In this document: positions 24,185 through 32,000 of the stretch, piece after piece
Layout of the letters: every line of letters begins with the position of its first letter
How positions within the stretch are numbered: position 1 is the stretch's first letter
DNA from: Rhodocyclales bacterium
Lineage (GTDB): Bacteria; Pseudomonadota; Gammaproteobacteria; Burkholderiales; Rhodocyclaceae
Direction of reading: 5' to 3'
Length of the DNA: 32,000 nt
NCBI GenBank assembly: GCA_043743785.1
Contig: JAYTVW010000067.1
Coordinates: forward strand, 1 to 32,000
The notes under the pieces: generated by a model
The model's database searches: none
The model's input: the letters and a program-made list of their open reading frames with translations, nothing else
Told to the model about the DNA's origin: nothing
Position numbers and translations under genes: made by a program

Positions 24185-24976
24185 ATGAACTTGAACGCAG
24201 AGCAATCCCTGGATGCCAAAGCGCGATCAAAGAGGGGACTTGCAGGGGCTATGCCGGGTATGATGGCGCCCCCTCTTTCCACGCCACATGCCATGACCCA
24301 GACCACTCTACTGTCCGCCGAAGAACGCCGCTTCACCTGCATCCACGAAGCCGCCCACGCAGCGGTACATGGCGTGGCGGGCATGGGCCTCGTCGGGCTG
24401 AAGGTGGCGGAGCTGGGCGCCCTATCCTTCCAGGCGGAAGGCCACCCGGATCTCACCCTGGTCAGCCGGTGGGGCCTGGAACGCTTCGATGGCAACCCGG
24501 TCATGCCGGGCTTCATGCCCTGGAGCGAAGAAGATGGCTACACGGGCAAGCGCCTGGCATTTGACGAATACCTGGAATTCATGGATGCCCAGGTCAAGTC
24601 CGAGCCGGTGTTCTCCGTGGGTATCCGCCAGCTTGTGCGCGCACATCTCTGCGCCATTCTCGCCGGGCAGATCGCCGAAAGCATCGCCCGCGGCGCCGTG
24701 GTTGAGGCCAAACTCGGGGATGATCGGGATGAACTGGGGGACCTGGCCCGCGTCGCCGGCTTGCTGGACCTGATCACCGAAGTGGGAGATGACAAGGCTG
24801 CGGTCCTCAAGCACTTCCAGGGCGAAACCGGGAAGCTGCTGTGCGAACCAAGCGTCTGGTCAGACGTCACGGGAATTGCGGATTTGCTGGAGAAAGAGGG
24901 CGAACTGAGCAATGCGGAACTCACGCGCCTTGCGCCGGACTGGCGTCCGGAATGGCCCGCCCCATTTCCTGGGTAA
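24185..24976 (+). CDS. stand-alone FtsH-type (peptidase M41-like) zinc metalloprotease domain without AAA+ or TM modules
   Basis: ERRFTCIHEAAHAAVHGVAG parallels the FtsH motif E.r.vAyHEaGHAlvg (HEXXH). ILAGQIAESIARG…GDDRDELGDLARVAG parallels GGRaAEe…GasnDl..AT.iAr. The C-terminal LLEKEGELSNAELTRL resembles the FtsH tail. Start is uncertain (24185, 24251 or 24293). Confidence 0.6.
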   Translation: MNLNAEQSLDAKARSKRGLAGAMPGMMAPPLSTPHAMTQTTLLSAEERRFTCIHEAAHAAVHGVAGMGLVGLKVAELGALSFQAEGHPDLTLVSRWGLERFDGNPVMPGFMPWSEEDGYTGKRLAFDEYLEFMDAQVKSEPVFSVGIRQLVRAHLCAILAGQIAESIARGAVVEAKLGDDRDELGDLARVAGLLDLITEVGDDKAAVLKHFQGETGKLLCEPSVWSDVTGIADLLEKEGELSNAELTRLAPDWRPEWPAPFPG

Positions 24977-24981
24977 GCTTT

Positions 24982-25347
24982 TCAGGCCTTGATGTTGACC
25001 AGGGTACCGAGCATCTGGTCCGAAGTCTTGACGACCTTGGCCGACATGTCGAAGCCGAGCTTGTAGGTCAGGGAATTGACGGCTTCCGTGGCGTAATCCG
25101 TGCCGCTGGCCGTCGTTGCGGAAGTCCCGCCGGAGGCGCTGCCGGCGGACCCGGCAGGCGTTGAAAGTGAAACCTTTGTGCTCGGGGATGGACTGACCTC
25201 GACCCCACCCTTGGCCTGTTCCGAAAACTTCGCCCGGGACGGCTGAAAGCCGTTGGTGCTGGCATTGGCCGTGTTGTGGGCGGAAATGTCCACTGCCCGC
25301 TGGTTGGCAAGCATGCCGGACAGACCGTTATTGAGTGCAATGGACAT
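24982..25347 (-). CDS. FlgC-like mini flagellar axial (rod-family) protein retaining mainly the terminal helices
   Basis: The N-terminus LSGMLANQRAVDISAHNTANASTNGFQPSRAKF is a degenerate match to the rod/hook N-terminal signature (…NlAN..T.GFk). The C-terminus EAVNSLTYKLGFDMSAKVVKTSDQMLGTLVNI resembles the rod C-terminal motif. The middle is an S/T/G/A low-complexity linker. GGAG lies 10 nt before the ATG. Confidence 0.6.
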   Translation of the reverse strand: MSIALNNGLSGMLANQRAVDISAHNTANASTNGFQPSRAKFSEQAKGGVEVSPSPSTKVSLSTPAGSAGSASGGTSATTASGTDYATEAVNSLTYKLGFDMSAKVVKTSDQMLGTLVNIKA

Positions 25348-25458
25348 GGGGGCGAACTCCGGTGTAGTGATCAGGATGGCAGTATGCCCCCCGATCCCGA
25401 TCCAAAAGTGTGACGTAGTTCACGAATACTGCTTCACAGCCCACGGCACCGCATCCTT

Positions 25459-27036
25459 TCAGACGGCAAAATGGCTGACGGAATTCCTCAGCGATTTCGC
25501 CAGGGCATCCATTTGAGACGAGGCCATGGAGCTTTCCTTGCTGGCGGCATCATTTTCTTCCGCCATGCGCGCAATGGCTTCCACGTGGCGAGCAATATCG
25601 GCGCTGGCCACCTTCTGCTCCCGCACCGATGCCGCCACTTCATCCACGCCCCGGCTCGCCTTGCGCACGGACTCGCTGGCCTTGTTCAGGGTCTCGCCGA
25701 CGCTCTGGACAAAATCGCGGCTGGTATGCAGGGCGCGCAGCCCTTCATCGATAGACCTGACCACCTGACCGGACTGCTCGTTCAAGTCCAGCGTGACGGC
25801 GGCGATTTCCCCGGCAGACCGAGACGAGCGCTCCGCCAACTTCCGAACTTCGTCGGCGACGACCGCAAACCCGCGGCCCTGCTCGCCGGCACGGGCCGCT
25901 TCGATGGCCGCATTGAGGGCCAGCAGATTGGTCTGGTCGGCGATTTCCCGCACCTGGGAAGTCATGCTGGTGATGGAATTCGTCTTGCTGATGAAGTCAT
26001 TGACGTGGCGCGCAATAGCGTCTACCGCGTGCTTTACCTTCTCGATCTCCAACTCAACCTGCAGAACGCTGCGGCTACCCTGTTCCGCGTCTGCCAGGCT
26101 TGCCAGGGACAGCAGGCGAACTTCTTCTGCTGAATCGGCGACGGAAGCAACACCCACGGTCAGTTGTTCGATGGTGGCCGCTGTCGCCGACGCGGCTTCC
26201 GACTGGCTGGCAGAGCTTTCGGCCACCTGGCGCGCCGACGCTGCGAGCAGGGAGCTTCCCCCCGTCACTGCTTCAGAACTGCTGTGCACCTGGCGGATGA
26301 CTTTCTGCATCTCCTCGATGAAGGCATTCACCCCGCCGGCAATCTGGGACAGTTCGTCGTTGCCGGTTGCGGGCAGACGCACCTGCAAATTGCCTTGCTT
26401 CAGCGGTACCAAACGCTCAAGAATGCCCCGCAGACTACGATTCAGCGAATGGGAAAGGCTGAGAACAAAGGCCAGAATGGTGGCAACCCCCAGCACCAGG
26501 AGGGAAACAATGGTCCAATACACCCGCGTGAAGGTCGCGGCGGCGTCCCGCCGCCCTTCATCCGCTTCACTGACGCGAATGCCAATGAATTTCTCCAGCG
26601 CCTCCTGGAAAGGCTTGAAACGGCTGTTGTAGAGCGGCACCACCCGGGCGTTGGCGGCCTTCCCGTCGCTGGATGCCAAGCTCAGCAACTCCCTGGAATC
26701 CCGGTCATACTGGGCCCAAGCGGCCAGGACGGCCTGCAGTTCTTCACGTACTTCGGTACGCTTTATCACCTTGAGGATCAGGGCCTGCTGACGCGCTATG
26801 TTGCGCTCGGCAGCCTCGAAGATCTGGCGGCTTTCCAGCAGGGTCGGGTCGAGCATGATGGTGGAGACGGCGCTGGCCTTGATTTCCAGCAACTGGCGGC
26901 TGTAAATCTCCCTGCGCTGGGCCACGGCATCCACCTCCCCGGCGTCGTTGAGTCCGGATATGGTGGCGAACAGCACGCCGCCCAGCACCAACATGGTCAG
27001 GAGGGCAAAAATCTTCAGCTTTATAACTATGGCCAT
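25459..27036 (-). CDS. methyl-accepting chemotaxis protein
   Basis: N-terminal TM, an approximately 150-aa helical periplasmic domain, a second TM, HAMP, and the invariant signalling hairpin [38 protein letters not shown]. Confidence 0.92.
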   Translation of the reverse strand: MAIVIKLKIFALLTMLVLGGVLFATISGLNDAGEVDAVAQRREIYSRQLLEIKASAVSTIMLDPTLLESRQIFEAAERNIARQQALILKVIKRTEVREELQAVLAAWAQYDRDSRELLSLASSDGKAANARVVPLYNSRFKPFQEALEKFIGIRVSEADEGRRDAAATFTRVYWTIVSLLVLGVATILAFVLSLSHSLNRSLRGILERLVPLKQGNLQVRLPATGNDELSQIAGGVNAFIEEMQKVIRQVHSSSEAVTGGSSLLAASARQVAESSASQSEAASATAATIEQLTVGVASVADSAEEVRLLSLASLADAEQGSRSVLQVELEIEKVKHAVDAIARHVNDFISKTNSITSMTSQVREIADQTNLLALNAAIEAARAGEQGRGFAVVADEVRKLAERSSRSAGEIAAVTLDLNEQSGQVVRSIDEGLRALHTSRDFVQSVGETLNKASESVRKASRGVDEVAASVREQKVASADIARHVEAIARMAEENDAASKESSMASSQMDALAKSLRNSVSHFAV

Positions 27037-27073
27037 GGTCAGTCCCGGTAATACAGCAACGCAACAAGCCTCT

Positions 27074-27101
27074 TTTACGGCAGCCGGCTACGATTACTTT
27101 A
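27074..27101 (-). promoter_or_regulatory. candidate sigma28 (FliA) promoter upstream of the MCP gene
   Basis: The minus strand reads TAAAG-N15-GCCGTAAA, i.e. TAAA-N16-GCCGTAAA against the consensus TAAA-N15-GCCGATAA. It lies 37 nt upstream of the MCP ATG. Confidence 0.35.
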
Positions 27102-27132
27102 TTAGACCAAAGGACTACGCGCTGAAAATCTC

Positions 27133-27888
27133 CTACCGCCCCAGGAGCCAGAATGGGCGCAAACGGCCGACAAAGGCCCAGCGAAAGCCATAGAAACCGA
27201 TGGAAGTGACCAGCAGCAGGAACAGGGCACCGTAGCCCGCCTCTTCCATCCGGCTCTGCCAGTGCTGACGGGCAATTCCGAGGCCTTCGGCCACATCCTC
27301 CGCCCTGTCCAGCCGGCAACGTTCCCGGTAAATCAGTTCACAGCGGGCACTTGACCAGTCCGTGCTCTGCAGACACTCCGGAATACGCGCCATTTCCAAA
27401 CGGGAACAGGCGGCGCCGACCTGGGCGATCAGCGCCATGCGGGTGGCGATCTGCCCGGACTGAACGTAGGCATAGGCGGTAAAACACAGCAGCAGCGCGC
27501 ACATTCCCCAGGCAAACAGCAGGAAGCGAAAAGCCACCCGCTCCCAATAGCTGACGTCGTGAATTTCGCCGGCCGCGTCCGTCGTGGCCATCACCACAGC
27601 GGGCACTAGGTCCGTCGCTGGGACTTCCGCAGCCGCCCGGTAGTCACGGAAAAACCAGAAAATCAAGGCCGCCGAGCCGACTAGGGGTAGCAGCATACCC
27701 TGTGCGTCCATGTTCAGAGCGTCAGCCAGGGCCAGAGACGGTATCCAGCACAGCGCCAGGGCACCCACGAGGGCCATCACCGCCCCCTTGCGGGTGCGGC
27801 CCGTGTATTTCTGCAGCACGCGCATCAGGAGAAACGACGCGATCAACGCGGCTAACACGGTTTCCAGCAGCGCAACAAGTTCAGCCAT
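27133..27888 (-). CDS. five-TM membrane protein with a four-cysteine soluble loop (unknown function)
   Basis: Hydrophobic segments at about residues 5-24, 36-55, 63-80, 116-140 and 218-238. The loop ACSRLEMARIPECLQSTDWSSARCELIYRERC has the pattern C-x10-C-x10-C-x7-C. It is the first gene of the MCP-containing string. Confidence 0.6.
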   Translation of the reverse strand: MAELVALLETVLAALIASFLLMRVLQKYTGRTRKGAVMALVGALALCWIPSLALADALNMDAQGMLLPLVGSAALIFWFFRDYRAAAEVPATDLVPAVVMATTDAAGEIHDVSYWERVAFRFLLFAWGMCALLLCFTAYAYVQSGQIATRMALIAQVGAACSRLEMARIPECLQSTDWSSARCELIYRERCRLDRAEDVAEGLGIARQHWQSRMEEAGYGALFLLLVTSIGFYGFRWAFVGRLRPFWLLGR

Positions 27889-27936
27889 ACCCCATCCTGA
27901 TTGCTCGGTCCAACACGGGACCCGGCGGAAGGGAGC

Positions 27937-27945
27937 ATTGTATCA
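27937..27945 (-). promoter_or_regulatory. candidate extended -10 promoter (TGaTACAAT) for the membrane-protein/MCP string
   Basis: The minus strand reads TGATACAAT about 50 nt upstream of ATG 27888. No good -35 element. Confidence 0.3.
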
Positions 27946-28029
27946 GCAGGCCCGGGGGCCTCCGCGCTTGTCCCGGCAAGTACCCTGTCATTCTCAATCC
28001 CGGATTACAGGGAAACGTTGTGAGCCGGC

Positions 28030-28046
28030 GACGCGGACTTTCACGG
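28030..28046. repeat. left copy of a 16-17 nt direct repeat bracketing the MazG-like gene
   Basis: GACGCGGACTTTCACGG. The partner GACGCGACTTTCACG lies at 28602-28616 and differs by a one-nucleotide indel. Confidence 0.5.
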
Positions 28047-28079
28047 TAAGCTTGGACGTACATCCGAACCGCTTCATGT

Positions 28080-28097
28080 CCCTGTCCGCGGACAGGG
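28080..28097. promoter_or_regulatory. perfect 18-bp palindrome upstream of the MazG-like gene (operator candidate)
   Basis: CCCTGTCCGCGGACAGGG lies 36 nt upstream of GTG 28134. A second CCCTGT…ACAGGG inverted pair lies at 27983-28012. Confidence 0.35.
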
Positions 28098-28133
28098 CAC
28101 GAAATCAATGCCCAAAGAAGAAGGAGTCCTATC

Positions 28134-28499
28134 GTGTCTGACTTGGCCAAGCCCGGCGACCTGACAAGCCTGCGCGACGATCTGCGGAAATTTGCCGCGG
28201 AGCGCGACTGGGATCAGTTCCACACCCCCAAGAACCTGGCCACGGCCCTGAGCATTGAAGCATCGGAACTACTGGAACCCTTCCAATGGCTCAAGACGGG
28301 GGAAGCAGGCGAACTCGACGAACGGAAGACCCTAGCCATCCGTCACGAACTGGCGGACGTGCTGATGTACCTTGTGCGACTGGCGGATAAACTGGATGTG
28401 GATCTGATGACAGCCGCCGCGGAAAAGCTGGCGCTCAACCACGACAAATACCCCGCCGACCGGGTCCGCGGTGATGCACGGAAGTATTCGGAGTACTGA
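28134..28499 (+). CDS. MazG-like nucleotide pyrophosphohydrolase (dCTPase/DCTPP1-like small all-alpha NTP-PPase)
   Basis: RDWDQFHTPKNLA…IEASELLEPFQW…IRHELADVLMYLVRLA carries the EXXE/EXXD metal-binding helices of the MazG family. GTG start with an AGGAG Shine-Dalgarno 7 nt upstream. Confidence 0.8.
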   Translation: MSDLAKPGDLTSLRDDLRKFAAERDWDQFHTPKNLATALSIEASELLEPFQWLKTGEAGELDERKTLAIRHELADVLMYLVRLADKLDVDLMTAAAEKLALNHDKYPADRVRGDARKYSEY

Positions 28500-28601
28500 T
28501 CCGCCGGGCATGGCGAAGGCCACACCAATACATGAAAGTCAGCGCCATGCCCGTTTCCCTCACTCCCTCTCCCGGAGGGAGAGGAAGTGCGGTAAGTCGC
28601 T

Positions 28602-28616
28602 GACGCGACTTTCACG
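28602..28616. repeat. right copy of the direct repeat bracketing the MazG-like gene
   Basis: GACGCGACTTTCACG is embedded in the hairpin AAGTCGC-tgac-GCGACTT. The neighbouring hairpin CTCTCCC-gga-GGGAGAG lies at 28567-28583. Confidence 0.5.
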
Positions 28617-28670
28617 TTATTACGGGGGTCGCTACCATGGGCCGCGCACTGCCGGCCCACCGTACATTGG

Positions 28671-28922
28671 CTAGGTTTTTGCGCCGGGTTTCCTGCCGGG
28701 GGCTGCGGGCGGGATGAAGCCGGCGACACGGGACTGCATTTCTTCGACAGGATTGCCGTCGTAGAAGCGGGTCACGCTGCAGCGCATGATTTCGCCGCGC
28801 TCCGACATGGCCGTCAGGCTTGCACGAACCTCGTCAAGAGGAAGTTTCATGGCTGTCGCCACTTCCGAATCAAGGCTCTGGCCTTGCTTCTTCAGGTACT
28901 GGAGGATTTGAGCTGCGTGCAT
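28671..28922 (-). CDS. small winged-helix-like DNA-binding protein with basic C-terminal tail
   Basis: ILQYLKKQGQSLDSEVATAMKLPLDEVRASLTAMSERGEI has the helix-turn-helix-wing pattern of MarR/Lrp-type wHTH domains. The tail PAAPGRKPGAKT is AT-hook-like. It lies 13 bp downstream of the ihfA-like gene. Assignment is tentative. Confidence 0.45.
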   Translation of the reverse strand: MHAAQILQYLKKQGQSLDSEVATAMKLPLDEVRASLTAMSERGEIMRCSVTRFYDGNPVEEMQSRVAGFIPPAAPGRKPGAKT

Positions 28923-28935
28923 TTGGCTTCACCGT

Positions 28936-29247
28936 TCATGTCTGCGCGACCGCGTCGGCGTCCGCATACCCACCGACTGCATTCTTGAGCAGTGGGCTGG
29001 CGTGGAAGGCGACGACACGGCGCGCGCAAATGGGGATTTCCTCCCCGGTCTTGGGGTTACGACCGGGGCGTTGCGGCTTGTCGAGCAGGAGGAAGTTGCC
29101 GAAGCCATGCAGTTTGACCTCTTCTCCCCCTTCCAGGCTCGAACTGATTTCCTCGAAGAAGGCCTCCACCATACCCTTGGCTTCGCGATTGTTGAGCCCG
29201 ATGCCGTCAACGATGGACTGGGCAAGTTCAGCTTTTGTGAGGGTCAT
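28936..29247 (-). CDS. ihfA: integration host factor subunit alpha (HU/IHF family)
   Basis: MTLTKAELA…[14 protein letters not shown]…[37 protein letters not shown] is near-consensus IHF-alpha. Confidence 0.85.
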   Translation of the reverse strand: MTLTKAELAQSIVDGIGLNNREAKGMVEAFFEEISSSLEGGEEVKLHGFGNFLLLDKPQRPGRNPKTGEEIPICARRVVAFHASPLLKNAVGGYADADAVAQT

Positions 29248-29295
29248 GGAAAATCGGGGGTAAGGGTTCGATACGGGGCAGGGGAGAAATCGGCC

Positions 29296-29604
29296 TCAGT
29301 CCTTGCGGGGCAAGGTCCAGGCATCCAGGGCCAGGGCGTGCTCGATGACGTCCACCAGGGTCGTCTCCGGCTCCACGCCACGGGCACCCAGCTTGGCGAA
29401 CTCGTCCATGACCCCGTACATCTCGTCGCGTACGGTGCGCGCCGTCTCCAGGGCATCGGCGCCAGCCAGGATGAGCAGGCGGGCCTCGGTGAGCTTGCCG
29501 TGCAAGGCCTCGGTCATGGCATCTGCCGCGTCTTCCGCACCGGACTTGCCCACGGCCAGATCCCAATCACGGGCGCCCTTGGGGAGATGTAGCTTCTTGT
29601 TCAT
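29296..29604 (-). CDS. hypothetical protein (102 aa)
   Basis: Coding-like GC3 bias and no recognisable motif. Start is ATG 29604 or GTG 29631. It is the first gene of a three-gene string with ihfA and the wHTH gene. Confidence 0.45.
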   Translation of the reverse strand: MNKKLHLPKGARDWDLAVGKSGAEDAADAMTEALHGKLTEARLLILAGADALETARTVRDEMYGVMDEFAKLGARGVEPETTLVDVIEHALALDAWTLPRKD

Positions 29605-29652
29605 GTTGGTTGTTCCTGTTACTTGGACCACGGCAGGAAATCAGATAGCAAA

Positions 29653-29679
29653 AGAGCCCGGCCTTGCGGGCTGGGCTCT
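29653..29679 (-). terminator. terminator after tRNA-Thr
   Basis: The minus strand has AGAGCCC…GGGCTCT followed by TTTGC. Confidence 0.5.
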
Positions 29680-29693
29680 TCGCAAAAAACGGT

Positions 29694-29768
<75 letters not shown>

Positions 29769-29813
29769 TTAGTCCAGAACATCCTGCACTGGAACCTACA
29801 AACTTGTTACAAC

Positions 29814-29838
29814 AAAAAGACCCGCCACAAGACGGGCC
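29814..29838 (-). terminator. terminator after tRNA-His
   Basis: The minus-strand RNA is GGCCCGUC-UUGU-GGCGGGUC (two G-U pairs) followed by UUUUU. Confidence 0.5.
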
Positions 29839-29854
29839 TCATTGCATGAATTAA

Positions 29855-29931
29855 TGGGGTGGATGATGGGGCTCGAACCCACGACAACAGGAATCACAAT
29901 CCTGGACTCTACCAACTGAGCTACATCCACC
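29855..29931 (-). tRNA. tRNA-His (anticodon GUG)
   Basis: G-1 plus acceptor GTGGATG/CATCCAC with discriminator C, anticodon arm CAGGA-TTGTGAT-TCCTG, T loop TTCGAGC, encoded CCA. Confidence 0.9.
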
Positions 29932-29977
29932 ACTGGTTTTCTACAAATTTTCTTCGGCCAGTATAGCGCGATTTATC

Positions 29978-30054
29978 TGGCCTGCCCGACAGGAATCGAA
30001 CCTGTAACCCCCAGCTTAGAAGGCTGGTGCTCTATCCGGTTGAGCTACGGGCAG
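29978..30054 (-). tRNA. tRNA-Arg (anticodon UCU)
   Basis: Acceptor CTGCCCG/CGGGCAG, anticodon arm CCAGC-CTTCTAA-GCTGG, T arm ACAGG-TTCGATT-CCTGT, encoded CCA. Confidence 0.9.
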
Positions 30055-30068
30055 AGTCTGTCGAACAT

Positions 30069-30145
30069 TGGTCGGGGTGGAGAGATTCGAACTCCCGACA
30101 TCCTGGTCCCAAACCAGGCGCGCTACCAGGCTACGCTACACCCCG
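30069..30145 (-). tRNA. tRNA-Pro (anticodon UGG)
   Basis: Acceptor CGGGGTG/CACCCCG, anticodon arm CCTGG-TTTGGGA-CCAGG, T loop TTCGAAT, encoded CCA. Confidence 0.9.
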
Positions 30146-30155
30146 AAGAGCGCGC

Positions 30156-30184
30156 ATTCTACTCAAAGCCTCTCCGAGGGTCAA
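30156..30184 (-). promoter_or_regulatory. sigma70 promoter of the tRNA-Pro/Arg/His operon
   Basis: The minus strand has TTGACC, a 17-nt spacer, TAGAAT, then a GC-rich discriminator GCGCGC about 10 nt before the tRNA-Pro 5' end. An A/T-rich UP-like tract lies upstream (30185-30205). Confidence 0.6.
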
Positions 30185-30308
30185 ACATTTTGAGGAAATA
30201 TTTCTTCGGGGGTGTCTGCGCGACATAGCGGACGGACGGGAAGTGCTGCCCCCGGCAGCGAGGGGCGTGATATAGTTTTTCGCTTCCCCCCTCTATACGG
30301 ATTCCATC

Positions 30309-31946
30309 GTGCTTCACCATGATGTCCTGATCATCGGCAGTGGGCTCGCCGGTCAGTCATTGGCCCTGCGGCTCGCGGACCAGCGCCGGGTCGTGCTTGT
30401 CACCAAGAAACAGCTGGAAGACAGCGCCAGCGGCTGGGCTCAGGGCGGCATCGCCGCCGTGCTGGACGAGAGCGATTCCGTCAAGTCCCACGTGGGTGAC
30501 ACCCATATTGCCGGGGCGGGCCTGTGCGATCCGGTGACCACCCAGTATGTGGTGGAACACGGCGCCGCCGCCATAGACTGGCTCATCGGCCAGGGCGTGC
30601 CCTTCACCGTGGATGCGGATTCGGGTATCGGCTATCACCTGACCCGGGAGGGTGGCCACAGCCACCGGCGCATCATCCACGTGGCGGACGCCACGGGTGC
30701 TGCGGTGCAGGAAAAACTTTCCGAGAAGGTACGCGCCCACCCGAACATCACGGTGCTGGAGCGCCATATTGCCGTGGACCTCATTGTCGGCAGCAAGATC
30801 GGCATGGCGGAACGGGGTTGCCTGGGCGCCTACGTGTTGGACATCGACAAGGACGAAGTGGTCACCATTGCCGCCGAGCACACGGTGCTATGCACTGGCG
30901 GCACCGGCAAGGTGTACCTGTACACGAGCAACCCGGACACGGCCACCGGTGACGGCTTGGCCATCGCCTGGCGGGCCGGCTGTACGGTGGCCAACATGGA
31001 GTTCGTCCAGTTCCATCCCACCTGCCTCTACCACCCGAATGCCAAGTCCTTCCTCATCAGCGAGGCGGTGCGGGGCGAAGGGGGCCTGCTGCGCCTGCCG
31101 GACGGCACCCGCTTCATGCCGGCCCACGATGCCCGGGCGGAACTGGCGCCCCGGGACGTGGTGGCCCGGGCCATCGACTTCGAGATGAAAAAACATGGGC
31201 TGGACTGCGTCTACCTGGACATCAGCCACAAGCCGGCGGATTTCCTGACCCACCACTTCCCCAATATTTACGCCCGCTGCCTGGAACTGGGCATCGACAT
31301 CACCAAGGAACCCATCCCGGTGGTGCCGGCGGCCCACTTCTCCTGCGGCGGCCTGGTGACGGATCTCAAGGCCCGCACCAACGTACCCAATCTCTATGCC
31401 ATAGGGGAAGTCGCCTGCACGGGACTGCACGGCGCCAACCGCTTGGCCAGCAATTCCCTGCTGGAATGCCTGGTGTTTTCCGAATCCGCCGCCACGGACA
31501 TTTTGCAGGCCGAACGCAAGAGCGAAGTTGCCCTGCCCCAGTGGGACGACAGCCGGGTTACGGATGCCGACGAAGCCATCGTGATTTCCCACAACTGGGA
31601 CGAACTGCGCCGCTTCATGTGGGACTACGTGGGTATCGTGCGCACCACCAAGCGCCTGGAACGTGCACGCCACCGCATCCAGTTGCTCAAGCGGGAAATC
31701 GACGAGTACTACGCCCATTTCCGCATCAGCAACGACCTCTTGGAACTGCGCAACCTGGTGGTGACGGCGGACCTGATCGTGCGCTGCGCCCTCAAGCGCA
31801 AGGAAAGCCGGGGCCTGCACTTCAGCCGCGACTACCCCCAGACCAATGCCGAGGTGCGCGACACGGTGCTGCACAACAACCTGCTGCCGCGCCGGGTACG
31901 AGAGTGGGTGTCGCGCAATTTGCAGGCGCCGATGGGGAAAAAATAG
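30309..31946 (+). CDS. nadB: L-aspartate oxidase
   Basis: [14 protein letters not shown] motif, [35 protein letters not shown], and [15 protein letters not shown] start. Confidence 0.92.
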   Translation: MLHHDVLIIGSGLAGQSLALRLADQRRVVLVTKKQLEDSASGWAQGGIAAVLDESDSVKSHVGDTHIAGAGLCDPVTTQYVVEHGAAAIDWLIGQGVPFTVDADSGIGYHLTREGGHSHRRIIHVADATGAAVQEKLSEKVRAHPNITVLERHIAVDLIVGSKIGMAERGCLGAYVLDIDKDEVVTIAAEHTVLCTGGTGKVYLYTSNPDTATGDGLAIAWRAGCTVANMEFVQFHPTCLYHPNAKSFLISEAVRGEGGLLRLPDGTRFMPAHDARAELAPRDVVARAIDFEMKKHGLDCVYLDISHKPADFLTHHFPNIYARCLELGIDITKEPIPVVPAAHFSCGGLVTDLKARTNVPNLYAIGEVACTGLHGANRLASNSLLECLVFSESAATDILQAERKSEVALPQWDDSRVTDADEAIVISHNWDELRRFMWDYVGIVRTTKRLERARHRIQLLKREIDEYYAHFRISNDLLELRNLVVTADLIVRCALKRKESRGLHFSRDYPQTNAEVRDTVLHNNLLPRRVREWVSRNLQAPMGKK

Positions 31947-32000
31947 GGCAGGTCTCCCTGCCCGTCCCCAGGCTTACGGCCTCCAGGCCCTGCCGGACCC

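Overview
GC-rich chromosomal segment that looks betaproteobacterial, possibly Rhodocyclales-like. That placement is an inference from gene content (PEP-CTERM exoproteins, nifV, class II RNR, etfBA plus long acyl-CoA dehydrogenase). I support about 31 protein genes, 4 tRNAs, several intrinsic terminators and several families of extragenic palindromes.

Gene order, left to right:
- hypothetical ORF; FAD oxidoreductase
- two secreted-protein genes (signal peptide fragment; LamG/PEP-CTERM) that both appear frameshifted
- RyR-domain protein (-)
- nifV behind a textbook NifA-UAS / IHF / sigma54 promoter, abutting a convergent type I aroD with zero spacer
- rlmJ (-); HTH-receiver response regulator
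- long acyl-CoA dehydrogenase, membrane protein, etfA, etfB (all -)
- divergent TetR regulator, MaoC-hydratase::phosphotransacylase fusion, ackA
- nrdJ; GDT1/UPF0016 cation exporter (-); PatB/MalY C-S lyase (-)
- CpxP/Spy-like periplasmic protein (-) divergent from an OmpR-type regulator and sensor kinase
- an accessory-looking block at 23.9-29.6 kb: small protein, stand-alone FtsH-type M41 peptidase domain, FlgC-like mini axial protein, MCP, Cys-rich membrane protein, MazG-like pyrophosphohydrolase, wHTH protein, IHF-alpha, hypothetical
- tRNA-Thr/His/Arg/Pro cluster (-); nadB

I found no transposase, integrase, CRISPR array or recognisable defence system.

The most unusual content is the membrane protein / MCP / D0-only FlgC-like operon, which has no flagellar context, and the neighbouring ATPase-less M41 peptidase with its small divergent partner. 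Both functional readings are hypotheses. Other points worth a second look:
- a TACCG pentamer operator motif shared by two promoters around the TetR gene
- GTAG-headed REPIN-like doublets
- a 286-nt structured leader before the GDT1 gene
- direct repeats bracketing the MazG-like gene
- localized frameshifts in the PEP-CTERM locus

All coordinates come from manual reading. Motif calls were not checked with HMM or covariance models.
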